Source: a virus
Strand: one strand, 5' to 3'
DNA length: 64,000 bases
Virus record (IMG/VR): IMGVR_UViG_3300050821_007139
Span: 1 to 64,000 of that record
Part shown: positions 47,543 through 56,870 of the stretch, one piece after another
How the letters are laid out: every line of letters begins with the position of its first letter
Numbering within the stretch: position 1 is the stretch's first letter
Program-made: the position numbers and the translations under genes
Notes under the pieces: model-generated
The model's database searches: none
What the model saw: the letters and a program-made list of their open reading frames with translations, nothing else
What the model was told of the DNA's origin: nothing

Positions 47543-48751
47543 TTATACCCTTGTATGTTCGTTCATTGGCCTCGGTATCCAATGCGGTGATAGAGTATTA
47601 AATTTGGGATCTCGGCGTATCATTCCTGATCTTTCGGCAGTTTCTATGATTCGCGGTATCTGAGGACTAGGAACCCGATCTTTTAAGAATGTCCAAAGAA
47701 ACTTATCTTCAATTGCGATTCTTTGTGTTGGAACATGACGGTTGTATTCGGTGTATATGAACTGCCATAGGTCATGGATTAGCTGCGAATCACTTCTTTG
47801 GCCCATTGCACGGAATACATCGGGCATAACGCTCTCGGCTTCACTTAACCATTCATGGGCGCGCTCATAATCTTCAATATCAATATAAAGATTTCTCCCT
47901 GCACTAACGCTTGATATCATCGCAAGTTTCATTATCTGAACGCCACGGCGTGAGGCGTAATGTTTTAATCGCGAATGATCCGGGGCGCCTGGCTGATCTG
48001 CATCTAGCCAATTTATATGCGCCTCTTGTGCTTCTAGGCTCCACTCAAACTCCCCACCTAAGTTAAACATAAATTCTAGGCTTTTAACCAATCTTTCATT
48101 ATCTCTTTCACTGCGCTTCTTAAAGTAATTTTTATTGTCAAACTTAGTTGCATCGCTATAAATGAAGATTAACCGAGCTGTAAAACCTTGGCCCCAAGCA
48201 GTCTCAGGAAATAAATCTCCCATAAAGTCCGGCGTGATCCCGCATAACATATTAAAGTTTGGTTTATCTAAGTTTCGATCTTCTACTGTAGCTCGGGGCT
48301 CGGAATAAGTATCAGGATTATCGTAGATATGACTTAGGATGCTTAAAAATTCCATGTCCCATTTAGGAAAGAAGATGCCAAATTCTTCTACTGGAGCTAC
48401 TAATGAGCTAAATATGTGCAAATCGCCGGTTCCGTTTAAGAATGCTCTTGTGCTGGTTTCAAATTCGGTTATAAAACTTGCGTGGGTGACGTTATCACTA
48501 GCGATGTATAATCCGTTTACTTTTGTCCATAATTTTCGGGTTTCTTTGATAATGATTGATTTTCCTGTAGCTGGGGCGCCGACTAAGGACACCCAAAGAT
48601 TGGGACATAATGGGGCTGTACTAGCTTCGGTATAGGTATAAACGCGGCGTTGAAGCACTCCTGCTATAGTAACTAATCCGGCCCATAGGCGAAATATTGG
48701 AGGGGAGCGAATACCTTCTGTGCTTTGCATCCATGAGTCGATCCAGTCCAA
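47543..48751 (-). CDS. DUF3987-type P-loop ATPase (putative replicative helicase)
   Basis: Walker A 'GAPATGKS', 'EEFG.F', 'L..IYD', 'GF.ARLIFIY'. Confidence 0.75.
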   Translation of the reverse strand: MDWIDSWMQSTEGIRSPPIFRLWAGLVTIAGVLQRRVYTYTEASTAPLCPNLWVSLVGAPATGKSIIIKETRKLWTKVNGLYIASDNVTHASFITEFETSTRAFLNGTGDLHIFSSLVAPVEEFGIFFPKWDMEFLSILSHIYDNPDTYSEPRATVEDRNLDKPNFNMLCGITPDFMGDLFPETAWGQGFTARLIFIYSDATKFDNKNYFKKRSERDNERLVKSLEFMFNLGGEFEWSLEAQEAHINWLDADQPGAPDHSRLKHYASRRGVQIMKLAMISSVSAGRNLYIDIEDYERAHEWLSEAESVMPDVFRAMGQRSDSQLIHDLWQFIYTEYNRHVPTQRIAIEDKFLWTFLKDRVPSPQIPRIIETAERSGMIRRDPKFNTLSPHWIPRPMNEHTRV

Positions 48752-48768
48752 GATAAGAGGTCCATACT

Positions 48769-49116
48769 CTATGAGATTTTATATTCTCGACAATCAAGTT
48801 TGCAATCGCCTTCTTTTAATGGACAATAACTACAAGTGTATCCTTGCGGATTTGGGTTTACTTTTTCAAAATAAGTGAATTTATCATTATCTATTTTAGA
48901 TAACCAGCTTGGCGGACCCCCTTGTACTTCGCGTGCCCAGATCATTCTTCTATATAGTATAGTAGTCGCTATCTCGTACCATTCGTATATATTATATAAT
49001 TCTCCAGTGGGAGAATAATTGAAAATATCTTCTGGACTAGTTGGATCAGGGTGACCATTTTTACCTTTGAGGTATTTGGATTCAAATATAACTTTACACA
49101 TGTCTAATAGAGTCAT
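48769..49116 (-). CDS. Hypothetical protein
   Basis: ORF with C-terminal Cys cluster. Confidence 0.5.
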   Translation of the reverse strand: MTLLDMCKVIFESKYLKGKNGHPDPTSPEDIFNYSPTGELYNIYEWYEIATTILYRRMIWAREVQGGPPSWLSKIDNDKFTYFEKVNPNPQGYTCSYCPLKEGDCKLDCREYKIS

Positions 49117-49232
49117 ATTAGTTTTCCAAAATTGATTTCTCTAAGTTTCTTTTAAGGCTTCTATAAGCGTTTGGGCGTGCACCGCGACGGCCGAGTACAG
49201 CATCGTCGCGGCCAGCACGATTGGCCGTAGTC

Positions 49233-49460
49233 TCATCGGCTACGCCTCACGATCCGGATGCCACGGGGACCGAATTGCATCGTCTGGATTTCGCCACCAA
49301 CGAGTATGGCGCACTCGCCTGTTTCTTCATCAGCAGAGACGATCAACCCAGAGACCTCAGCGTAGCTGTCCGTCCGCACGAGCTTCCAGCGGGCCTTGTC
49401 CTCAGCGCTGTGCCACGTTTCGAGCTTCATCGTGGCTATCCAGTTGTCGATGGCGATCAT
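49233..49460 (-). CDS. Small protein paralogous to 58451-58648
   Basis: Shared 'KAR.K..RTDSY..V.G.I..ADE.TGE....V.GE.Q...FGP..IRIV'. Confidence 0.7.
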   Translation of the reverse strand: MIAIDNWIATMKLETWHSAEDKARWKLVRTDSYAEVSGLIVSADEETGECAILVGGEIQTMQFGPRGIRIVRRSR

Positions 49461-49699
49461 GAATTCATTCCCTTGTGCGGCGTCGGTTGTTTTCTATTTT
49501 CATCTGATAATTGCTTTATAAGATTTGCAAGAGTCAGCGCATCTGTTGTTGTCATTACCATTCCTGTATGGGGCGTTTCGTTTCCATCAGGAGTTGTGTC
49601 GCAAAATGTTATTCTCGTAATGGTAGGGCTTACGCTAACATAAAACCTGTTCGCAAAAGCCGACGGTACGAATCCCACAAACTCTTTGCTTTCACTCAT
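49457..49699 (-). CDS. Hypothetical protein
   Basis: 'FANRF.VS.....RI.F' pattern; ATGA coupling. Confidence 0.5.
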   Translation of the reverse strand: MSESKEFVGFVPSAFANRFYVSVSPTITRITFCDTTPDGNETPHTGMVMTTTDALTLANLIKQLSDENRKQPTPHKGMNS

Positions 49700-49985
49700 C
49701 GGAATATTCCTTTGGTGAATATGGACATGCTATCTCTTCGTCTAACTTCTTACCTTCAAACCAATCTTGATAAGTGATTGGTTTTCCTGATTTGTAATCG
49801 ATATTTTCTTGTTTGCACCAAGTTACGAATCCAGCGCAGATTTGATTAGCGCTGTGACAGCTCCAATTAATGTTTTCATTATCTTTGAGAGACATTATCT
49901 CATATGGGTCTGGGACGCAACCATAGTTTATGGCGCGCTCGGAAGTTTCAGAGCCCATAAATGGGCATGAGGAGCAAGCGGTCAT
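49692..49985 (-). CDS. Cys-rich hypothetical protein
   Basis: 'C..CPF...CH....ICAG'. Confidence 0.55.
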   Translation of the reverse strand: MTACSSCPFMGSETSERAINYGCVPDPYEIMSLKDNENINWSCHSANQICAGFVTWCKQENIDYKSGKPITYQDWFEGKKLDEEIACPYSPKEYSDE

Positions 49986-51547
49986 GCGACTAGCTCCAAG
50001 TTGTTATTTACTCTGGTTCTCTTATCGCCACTTGTGGTCCATTTGATTAATCCGTCGGGATGATCCTGATTTGCATTGCCCCAACTCCAGCCTACTTTAG
50101 CTTCACTAGGAACAGTAAATCTCCGGCCTCGATAAGATAACGGAACATCTAAATGTTTTTGCATTTCGCTTATTATTTTAGCTTCATTAGTGTCAAATTC
50201 AAGTCTTTGCCCATAAACTGCGTCGTGTAATTGCGCTATAAGTTCTACGGGATGATTGCTATTTGGCCCCATGTATTTCCACATGCGCCATAAACCAAGA
50301 TTAAGGCGCCTTGCTGTCGGAGCCTGGGACATGAAGGCAATGCCTTCTTTAATTGTATCATTTGAGTCTGCGCGGCCAAAAAAATCACGCCTTCCTCCGA
50401 AAGCATCTATTAAATAATGCTCGCGTTGAAGTTGTCCGGCTACCCAAGTAAAGAATTGATTTAAGCAGGGATAAGTAGCAAACATTCTTTCTTGGGCAGA
50501 TTTAATGAGCTTATTTGGTACTCGAATTTGCCGGGCAATTTCTAAATAGCCGCCGAATTTTTCCGTTCCATGACGGACGCGTTTGGCAACTTCGCGATAG
50601 CTGTGTTGGCGGTAATATAATTGATCTGCAATTTTGCGATCATGTTTCAGATCCCCATTCCAATCTAGATCGTTTTCCCAAATCTCGCGCGCTAAGATAG
50701 TATGAGGGTCGCCGGATTCGGCTGAGTCTAAGTAGCTTGAGTCGCCAAATAATACCCAACATAGCCATCCGGTTTCTCTTGTTTCGGCTTGTTCTAAATC
50801 AGCGCCAAATAGCTTCTTATCTTTATTTGCTATGAACATATATCTTAATTCTTCTTCGATATTTTGAAAATTTCTCCCGGTTCCGGTTATTGATTTTGAT
50901 GAACTAAAGCGCGATGTTGTTGTCATAGCGGGATTGAAACTGGTACGCATTCGCCAATCGGAATCAATTTCGGTTTCTAAAACTTCAAGTTGTCCTTCAT
51001 TGTCGCGATAAGATAGAATCGCAGCTATTATTGGCCTTGCTATAAAATAACCTTCGAGTTTTTCTAAGATTTCCCTTTCCATTGGTTTTGTTAATTTGCC
51101 TTCTTTTTTTCTTATTATTGGTGGGATTTGCAGTATATCGTAGAAGAAAGTTGCTAATTGTGAGGTTGAGTTTGGGTTTAAGGTTTTTGGTTTCGGGTGG
51201 TCATTGGTGGCTTTGGTCGGCGAGCGTAAGTCACAAATGGCGCTGACGTAGCAATCAATTATATCGCTTAATCGTTCTAAGCGTTTTCTTAACTTAGCTA
51301 TCCCATCTTCTCTTGCCCAAGGGTCAATTTTCCAGCCGCGTAAGTTCATCTCAATTGCGGGTGCCTGTAAAGCGCGCTCAAAGTCGTAGATTAGCTTTGG
51401 GCCTTGAAGCTCGATAGGAGAATTGTGACTTGGAAGCAGGGTTTTTAATTCGTTTAAAACCTCACAAGTCAACATGCTATCCATGGCATTATAGACTTGG
51501 ATCGATCCGCAATCAGTATCAAGCTCGTGTGCGGCTATTAATGGCAT
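49982..51547 (-). CDS. Family A DNA polymerase, polymerase subunit (carries ExoIII motif only)
   Basis: 'YNAMD' ExoIII; 'TSRFSSS', 'NFQNI', motif A 'ADLEQAE', motif B 'R..AKR.RHG', motif C 'QLHDA'. Confidence 0.92.
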   Translation of the reverse strand: MPLIAAHELDTDCGSIQVYNAMDSMLTCEVLNELKTLLPSHNSPIELQGPKLIYDFERALQAPAIEMNLRGWKIDPWAREDGIAKLRKRLERLSDIIDCYVSAICDLRSPTKATNDHPKPKTLNPNSTSQLATFFYDILQIPPIIRKKEGKLTKPMEREILEKLEGYFIARPIIAAILSYRDNEGQLEVLETEIDSDWRMRTSFNPAMTTTSRFSSSKSITGTGRNFQNIEEELRYMFIANKDKKLFGADLEQAETRETGWLCWVLFGDSSYLDSAESGDPHTILAREIWENDLDWNGDLKHDRKIADQLYYRQHSYREVAKRVRHGTEKFGGYLEIARQIRVPNKLIKSAQERMFATYPCLNQFFTWVAGQLQREHYLIDAFGGRRDFFGRADSNDTIKEGIAFMSQAPTARRLNLGLWRMWKYMGPNSNHPVELIAQLHDAVYGQRLEFDTNEAKIISEMQKHLDVPLSYRGRRFTVPSEAKVGWSWGNANQDHPDGLIKWTTSGDKRTRVNNNLELVA

Positions 51548-51624
51548 TATTTATGTTCTTCAGTAAGAAAAATTATTATAACTATTATGCATACAATGAT
51601 AAATAGTGACCATGCTGGGTTCAT

Positions 51625-52221
51625 TTAAATTTCTATATCAGAGCCAGATTCGTTGTTATAAGAATAATCAGCCCAATCGAACCAATCAAAGATGCGTTTT
51701 TGTTTAGCGCGCTCGTCCCAAATAAACCATGCGTAACAAGTATTGCTTGGCGCTTCAGGGCCGGTCCAATTGTATCGGTGCATCATAGGCAATCGGCGTG
51801 AAGATATCCAAAGCCGTGCTGGTGGATGTTTGCGAAAGAAGGGGAGTCTATTACAGCTTTCTAAGAAATTGGTTCTTAATAAGAACGCTACATAAGGAAC
51901 TTCACTGATTGCTTTCTTGGCGAATTCGACTGCGAGCTTATAGGGTGGATTTGTTATTATACCCTCCCATGACATTTTAACTGCTAGGAAAAAATCTACC
52001 ATTGAAGACCCATATCCATAATCCATAATATCTGAACTAAAAACATCAAAATTATTATCTTTTAAAACTTTACTTATTGCTCCGTCTCCACAAGCGGGTT
52101 CCCAAATGTAATGAGGAATAAATTCTTTTTCTATATTAATTAGTGATATTGTAGCCTCTGGTGGCGTGAAATATGCATCTAAACCTCGGTCTTCAAAATT
52201 ATGCGAGCTTTGAATTAGCAT
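51625..52221 (-). CDS. DNA amino-methyltransferase
   Basis: 'D.YFTP', 'WEPACGDG', 'ITNPPY', 'YAWFIW'. Confidence 0.85.
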   Translation of the reverse strand: MLIQSSHNFEDRGLDAYFTPPEATISLINIEKEFIPHYIWEPACGDGAISKVLKDNNFDVFSSDIMDYGYGSSMVDFFLAVKMSWEGIITNPPYKLAVEFAKKAISEVPYVAFLLRTNFLESCNRLPFFRKHPPARLWISSRRLPMMHRYNWTGPEAPSNTCYAWFIWDERAKQKRIFDWFDWADYSYNNESGSDIEI

Positions 52222-52233
52222 AACTTTATCTTT

Positions 52234-52560
52234 TTAACGTATATTTCGTTCTGTAAACGGGATGATTAAGTTCTTTTCAAATAATCTTTCTTTTGCTTTT
52301 AACATCCCTGGCGACCATCCTAAGTCAATATAAAATGCTATTAATTCGGCACTTGACCACCAAGCATATCCAGATTCTATCCCCATTTGCCTTTGTTCCG
52401 GTTTATTATCATCTAAAAATAATGGATATAATAGATGTGATCCAAATGGAGCCTCTCCGCGTTTTAAGCTATCTAATGCAGCTTCATAAGCATAAGCTTT
52501 ATTTAAGGCTATATTGCCAGCAAAAGGAGATTCTATAATAACTCTACGACGTAATTGCAT
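52234..52560 (-). CDS. Nucleoside deoxyribosyltransferase-like fold protein
   Basis: 'VIIESPFAG', 'RGEAPFGSHLLY', 'Y.DLG.S.GM'. Confidence 0.65.
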   Translation of the reverse strand: MQLRRRVIIESPFAGNIALNKAYAYEAALDSLKRGEAPFGSHLLYPLFLDDNKPEQRQMGIESGYAWWSSAELIAFYIDLGWSPGMLKAKERLFEKNLIIPFTERNIR

Positions 52561-52562
52561 TT

Positions 52563-53708
52563 TTATTCCTCGCGTTTTAAACTCTCGCCATGAGCAAGCA
52601 TAGACTTCCAGGCAATTTCGTTGCTGTATATCGAAGCCAAGTAACCCAGCCCGCGCCGCTTTTCTGGCAACGTGGCGTGTTGTAAAATCATTGGATCATC
52701 GGCGCAATTATTAACTATGATACCTATTCGTAGAAAATGACTTATATCGAAGATGCCATTTTGAAAGGCTTTTGGAACTGGAGAGCGCAATGCGCCTATC
52801 AGTAATTCCCATGCTTGAATTTCCTCTTCTAAACTTTTCCAATAATTAAGCTCGGGATCTTCTCGGGTCATGAAAGGAATTACAAGCGATTCGTAAGGAC
52901 TTCTGGCAAAACTTACCATAGATATAAGTTCGGATAAGATCCGCCGCATTGGAACTGGCATATTTTTGATTTCAGACCGGGAGAACAGGGCATATCCGGT
53001 TTCGATGTCGATTGTATAAGATTCAGCAGGCTGAGCTAGCCAAGTTTTGATTTCACTTAGGGTTATCTTTTCTTTCGTTTTTGGATCTTCACAAGTTATC
53101 CAGCGTTTGATTCGTCTTATTTCGGGAAAGTTTGATTCGTAGGCGACCTTTTGTAGATCTGAAATAATATCTGTTCTTAGTTGTTCTTGGCGCAGTGCTG
53201 CAGGATGGAATGTTGGAAAGACCTTTTTATTAAATCTCAAGCTTAGCTTAGGCGTGCCTCGAATTGAGCTTATATTAGTTATGCCTAGTAACGCCCAACA
53301 GGCATAGTTTCCTAAAGCGACGATTACATTGGGATTATGATTCTCTATTTCTTTCCATAAGTTCTCGATATGATAGCGATATTCGGATTTGACATAAAAG
53401 ATGCGGTTATTGATCTTGATTGGGGGTAAACTTGTGTCTATATTTCCTTGTGTAGCGAAGAATAGTTCGGTCTTATCGCCTTCCGGGTGTTCGTTGAAGA
53501 CATTTGTTACTGCAATTTGGTGCTCGTCTTTTAGCCATTTCCAATGAGAGATCATGTCTTCAAGGCTTGGATAAGGTACGCGCAGTTCAGGCGCAAGATT
53601 GGAGCTTCCTAGCATCTTTGCTAATTCTCGGCCTGACCAGCCGACTAATGGATGACCGACTAGGGCTTCATTTTTTCCTAAACTTTCGGCTACAAGAACT
53701 ACTTTCAT
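52563..53708 (-). CDS. Uracil-DNA-glycosylase-like domain fused to N-half of 3'-5' exonuclease (N-terminal subunit of split DNA polymerase)
   Basis: 'LVAESLG.NE...G.PLVG.SG', 'PNVIVALG..A', 'PTFHPA'; ExoI 'DIETG', ExoII 'QNG.FD', 'D.MI..H'. Confidence 0.85.
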   Translation of the reverse strand: MKVVLVAESLGKNEALVGHPLVGWSGRELAKMLGSSNLAPELRVPYPSLEDMISHWKWLKDEHQIAVTNVFNEHPEGDKTELFFATQGNIDTSLPPIKINNRIFYVKSEYRYHIENLWKEIENHNPNVIVALGNYACWALLGITNISSIRGTPKLSLRFNKKVFPTFHPAALRQEQLRTDIISDLQKVAYESNFPEIRRIKRWITCEDPKTKEKITLSEIKTWLAQPAESYTIDIETGYALFSRSEIKNMPVPMRRILSELISMVSFARSPYESLVIPFMTREDPELNYWKSLEEEIQAWELLIGALRSPVPKAFQNGIFDISHFLRIGIIVNNCADDPMILQHATLPEKRRGLGYLASIYSNEIAWKSMLAHGESLKREE

Positions 53709-55090
53709 CTTACAGCTTCACTAGCTTTTCTTTTAGATCTTTCTTTTAGAGTTAATTCGTTAGCTTTGGCTGCGTATTCTTCATTAATTTCAATTCCCAG
53801 TACACTTCGGGCGCCTAGGCTTTCGGCAGCTCGAATTGCACTTCCGCTGCCGGAACATATATCTAAAAAATCTGTAGCGTTATCGACTAGCATTGATAGA
53901 AAATGTTTCAGCATTGATTCTGATTTTTGATTAGGAACGATTGGAGATGTAACTGCAGGGGCCGCGTAACAGTCTGTCATTTTTTTAAATAAGGCTCGGT
54001 CGCCCCGGGTAACTAATAGACAACTTTCATAGCTTGGCTTAGGATGCAGTCCACGCACACCTGGAGCGCCGTTATTTGTGTCTGATTTGAACCAAATTAA
54101 AGGATAATCGGTAAGAAAGAATTGAGAATTGATAAATTTATTTATGATTGGCAGGGAATCTCCTTCACGATCTAACCAAAACATTATATGACAACTGTAA
54201 CTAGCAAAGTTGTCTATATTATCAATTAATGAATTTGGCAAAGCATAATACGAATTTTCATCATGTGTAAAATCACAATGAATCAGGTTAAATTTATCTC
54301 CGGAATAACTCTCGCTCCAAGATATAAAATCGGTAGTTATAATTGGAGGAGTAGCTTTATCCAAATTCGGCTTTGGTTTTACATCTGTAATAATAGTTTC
54401 AGTTTTTGAAATTGGCATTAATTGTTCATGATTTGTGTCAGTATAGATATCATGTGTATCTGAATAACTAACTAATGTTGGAAGGACAGAATCGGCTAGT
54501 TTTGTTACTTGATCCTTATTTAAGGGGGCGCGTAGTAGTTCTTCGACTAAATCTGCGGCTTTTTTTTCCTCCTTTCGTTGTAAGATGCCTAGGGCTTGCG
54601 TAAAGTTATCAGCGTTAGATAATAGTGGTGAGTCTAATTCTTTAAAGACATTTAATATGTTTCCGATTTGTTGCGGGGTGTAATTTAAAGCTTCAGCTGT
54701 TTTGGAGTTTGTCCAAGAGATATCTTTGCTTGTTTTATTTTTATGAAAATCTCCTATGGCGCTGACATGATCCTGCCAAGATAAGTTTTCGCGCTTGATA
54801 TTTTCTTCAAGTTCGATAATTTGAAGCTCGTCTGGATCTAAGGTATCGTAATAACGTATGGGAACTTGGCTTAAGTTTAGTTCTAATGCACAAAGTAATC
54901 GTCTGTGTCCGGCGACTAAGGTTAGTTTGTCTAATCGCTCTAGCTTTTCTCTATGAACAATTATTGGGTTCCAGATTCCTCTGGATCTTATGGAATCTAT
55001 TAAACCTTCTGTTGTCGCATTCTTTCGTTGGCGCTCGCCTATATTTATCTCGCCTGGATCAACAAAGTCGATTTCATTTGTTATTGGCAT
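53705..55090 (-). CDS. ParB N-terminal domain fused to degenerate DNA methyltransferase
   Basis: 'L.DSI..RGIWNPI.V', 'LVAGHRRL', 'ELEEN.KRE.L'; C-term 'LDICSGSGS'. Confidence 0.82.
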   Translation of the reverse strand: MPITNEIDFVDPGEINIGERQRKNATTEGLIDSIRSRGIWNPIIVHREKLERLDKLTLVAGHRRLLCALELNLSQVPIRYYDTLDPDELQIIELEENIKRENLSWQDHVSAIGDFHKNKTSKDISWTNSKTAEALNYTPQQIGNILNVFKELDSPLLSNADNFTQALGILQRKEEKKAADLVEELLRAPLNKDQVTKLADSVLPTLVSYSDTHDIYTDTNHEQLMPISKTETIITDVKPKPNLDKATPPIITTDFISWSESYSGDKFNLIHCDFTHDENSYYALPNSLIDNIDNFASYSCHIMFWLDREGDSLPIINKFINSQFFLTDYPLIWFKSDTNNGAPGVRGLHPKPSYESCLLVTRGDRALFKKMTDCYAAPAVTSPIVPNQKSESMLKHFLSMLVDNATDFLDICSGSGSAIRAAESLGARSVLGIEINEEYAAKANELTLKERSKRKASEAVR

Positions 55091-55278
55091 GGGTTTGTTC
55101 CGGTCTCCTTTGGAGGCTGGATGCGCTCCCCGATTACACTAATGTCTGAATAGACAACCATCTCCTCTCCTTGAGCCAGGATAAACCATTCGTGGCCGGT
55201 CCATTCCGCAGGCTCCCATTTATTATGAGAACTAGGCTTGACCCAATAAAAACCTTCTTCTAGTTTGATCTTTGGCAT
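55081..55278 (-). CDS. Hypothetical protein
   Basis: 'GFYWV.....WEPAEW....W' common phage motif. Confidence 0.6.
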   Translation of the reverse strand: MPKIKLEEGFYWVKPSSHNKWEPAEWTGHEWFILAQGEEMVVYSDISVIGERIQPPKETGTNPCQ

Positions 55279-55293
55279 AAGGAAATTAACTTA

Positions 55294-55674
55294 TTATCTG
55301 ACGCCAATAGCATTGATTATTCCGACGATTTGTAAGGTTCCATCGGGTCCATTTCCGAAACAAGGCACCATTGGGGCCGAATAAGGAAATACAGGTGTGT
55401 AGTCGAATACAGTTGCTACTTCGATAGGATCGTTAGCGAGGTATTTTGTATGTATTGTGGTCCAACGCATTTGTGCGTCAGAGTCATGGACGTTAATGGC
55501 GAAGGTTTTACCGTTTACTACAAATTTTGCGCATAGCGGCCCGGCGGGTAAGAAGTCGCTTGGGACCCCTGCAGCACTCCAGGTTGCGTTGGATCTTATT
55601 GGCGGCGACTGTGCTAAAGTTGCATTGGTGATTGCGATGAGACTTGTAGTGGCGAATATGATTATTTTAAACAT
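55294..55674 (-). CDS. Secreted protein, paralog of 55930
   Basis: Signal ending 'TLA'; 'AG.LCAK..V.G...A'. Confidence 0.65.
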   Translation of the reverse strand: MFKIIIFATTSLIAITNATLAQSPPIRSNATWSAAGVPSDFLPAGPLCAKFVVNGKTFAINVHDSDAQMRWTTIHTKYLANDPIEVATVFDYTPVFPYSAPMVPCFGNGPDGTLQIVGIINAIGVR

Positions 55675-55685
55675 AGATTATCTCC

Positions 55686-55796
55686 TTAGGTTGATTTTTT
55701 GTTAGGTTTTTGAAGTGATTTTCGCGAGCTTTTGGCGCCTTTACGTTTCATAATAGCGCTTGACCGACGGCGTTTGGCAGTTGGGGTTGTGGACAT
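55686..55796 (-). CDS. 36-aa highly basic peptide (not in ORF track)
   Basis: MSTTPTAKRRRSSAIMKRKGAKSSRKSLQKPNKKST; purine-rich SD aagggaag. Confidence 0.55.
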   Translation of the reverse strand: MSTTPTAKRRRSSAIMKRKGAKSSRKSLQKPNKKST

Positions 55797-55814
55797 TTTA
55801 AATTTTCTTCCCTT

Positions 55815-55907
55815 ATAACATGGGGCTCCCCTCGTCGTTACCCGAAGCTAAGCGTTCAAAATTAGTCTGCCGAGTAGGCACAGACTACAAAGCTCCGCCC
55901 ATGTTAT
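55815..55907 (-). promoter_or_regulatory. Structured intergenic element
   Basis: 10-bp closing stem ataacatggg/cccatgttat enclosing tagtctg/cagacta hairpin. Confidence 0.45.
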
Positions 55908-55929
55908 CTTGAGTTGAGTTGACTTTACT

Positions 55930-56280
55930 TTAGTTTACGAAGTCTACTCCTGGGAGAAGTACACCCCCATCGTTGCAAAGGACTGTATTGGTGCTGCCGG
56001 TGCCGAGGGCCGGATAGGTGTTGATTTGCATGGGGAGGCCGCTAAGGGCACGGAAATCCATCGTTTGGAGGCGTGCGAGAGCTTGTGCGGCTGGCGTATG
56101 GACCAAATCGACCGCGACCTGGACGCCACCAACGGTGCGCTTGGCGCAGAACGCCCCCGCTGTCGCCTTGCTAGGGTCATTGGTTCCCGAAGCGGTTACT
56201 ACCGCCTGAGCCGATGCGTAATTGCTGCTAAGCAAAACGGCGCCAAAAGCGACTGCGATAGCGAGATTAATTTTAGACAT
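55930..56280 (-). CDS. Secreted protein, paralog of 55294
   Basis: Signal ending 'ASA'; 'AGAFCAK..VGG...A'. Confidence 0.65.
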   Translation of the reverse strand: MSKINLAIAVAFGAVLLSSNYASAQAVVTASGTNDPSKATAGAFCAKRTVGGVQVAVDLVHTPAAQALARLQTMDFRALSGLPMQINTYPALGTGSTNTVLCNDGGVLLPGVDFVN

Positions 56281-56298
56281 GATTTGATTCCTAGATTA

Positions 56299-56357
56299 GT
56301 TTGAGATTAGATTAGGGTTTGACTTGAGATTGACTTGACTTTAGCTTGACTTGACTT
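56299..56357. repeat. Degenerate pentamer array (TTGAC/TTGAG/TTAGA)
   Basis: ttgagattagattagggtttgacttgagattgacttgactttagcttgacttgactt; shorter copy at ~55908-55925. Confidence 0.6.
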
Positions 56358-56850
56358 ATCGTGGCGCCCCGACCATAAAGCTGATATTATTGAACACTCG
56401 TGGGGCCGCATCTTCTGGTTCACCTGGCCGTTTCTTGCCCGGCCTAGATGTAACGGTTAGCAATACCCGCTTTCCAATAACTTCATCTACCAACTGATCG
56501 GTGGATAGGTTTTGATTAAACTCTGGGAAGGACTTGAAGAGAATCTTAAAGGCGTGCATGCGATTTGTAGCAATTTCTAGTGCATAGGGGGGAAGGTTCA
56601 TGCTTCGTAAATCAACGCCTTCTAGATCTTCCGTTGAAACATCTTCGGCTGGTTCAAGTAGTTGGCAATGATAAAGAATAGCTTCGGTTTCGGGATTCCA
56701 AGGGGTCTGCCCTTTTTCTCGTCGGGTGACTACGCCGTAGTAATGGCCTGCTTTTAGTGTTGGCGGGCCGTCAGGCAGGGAAGAGACGGGCGCTGACATT
56801 GGATCTTCATGATAATCGCGCGCGTCGAAAGCTTTAGCTGTTTGAGCCAT
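56356..56850 (-). CDS. Putative single-stranded DNA-binding protein
   Basis: 'P.L.AG.Y.G.V', 'IGKRV...V..R......FNNI'; adjacent to AAA recombinase-like gene. Confidence 0.55.
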   Translation of the reverse strand: MAQTAKAFDARDYHEDPMSAPVSSLPDGPPTLKAGHYYGVVTRREKGQTPWNPETEAILYHCQLLEPAEDVSTEDLEGVDLRSMNLPPYALEIATNRMHAFKILFKSFPEFNQNLSTDQLVDEVIGKRVLLTVTSRPGKKRPGEPEDAAPRVFNNISFMVGAPR

Positions 56851-56870
56851 AAAGTTGGGTTCCTATAAGG

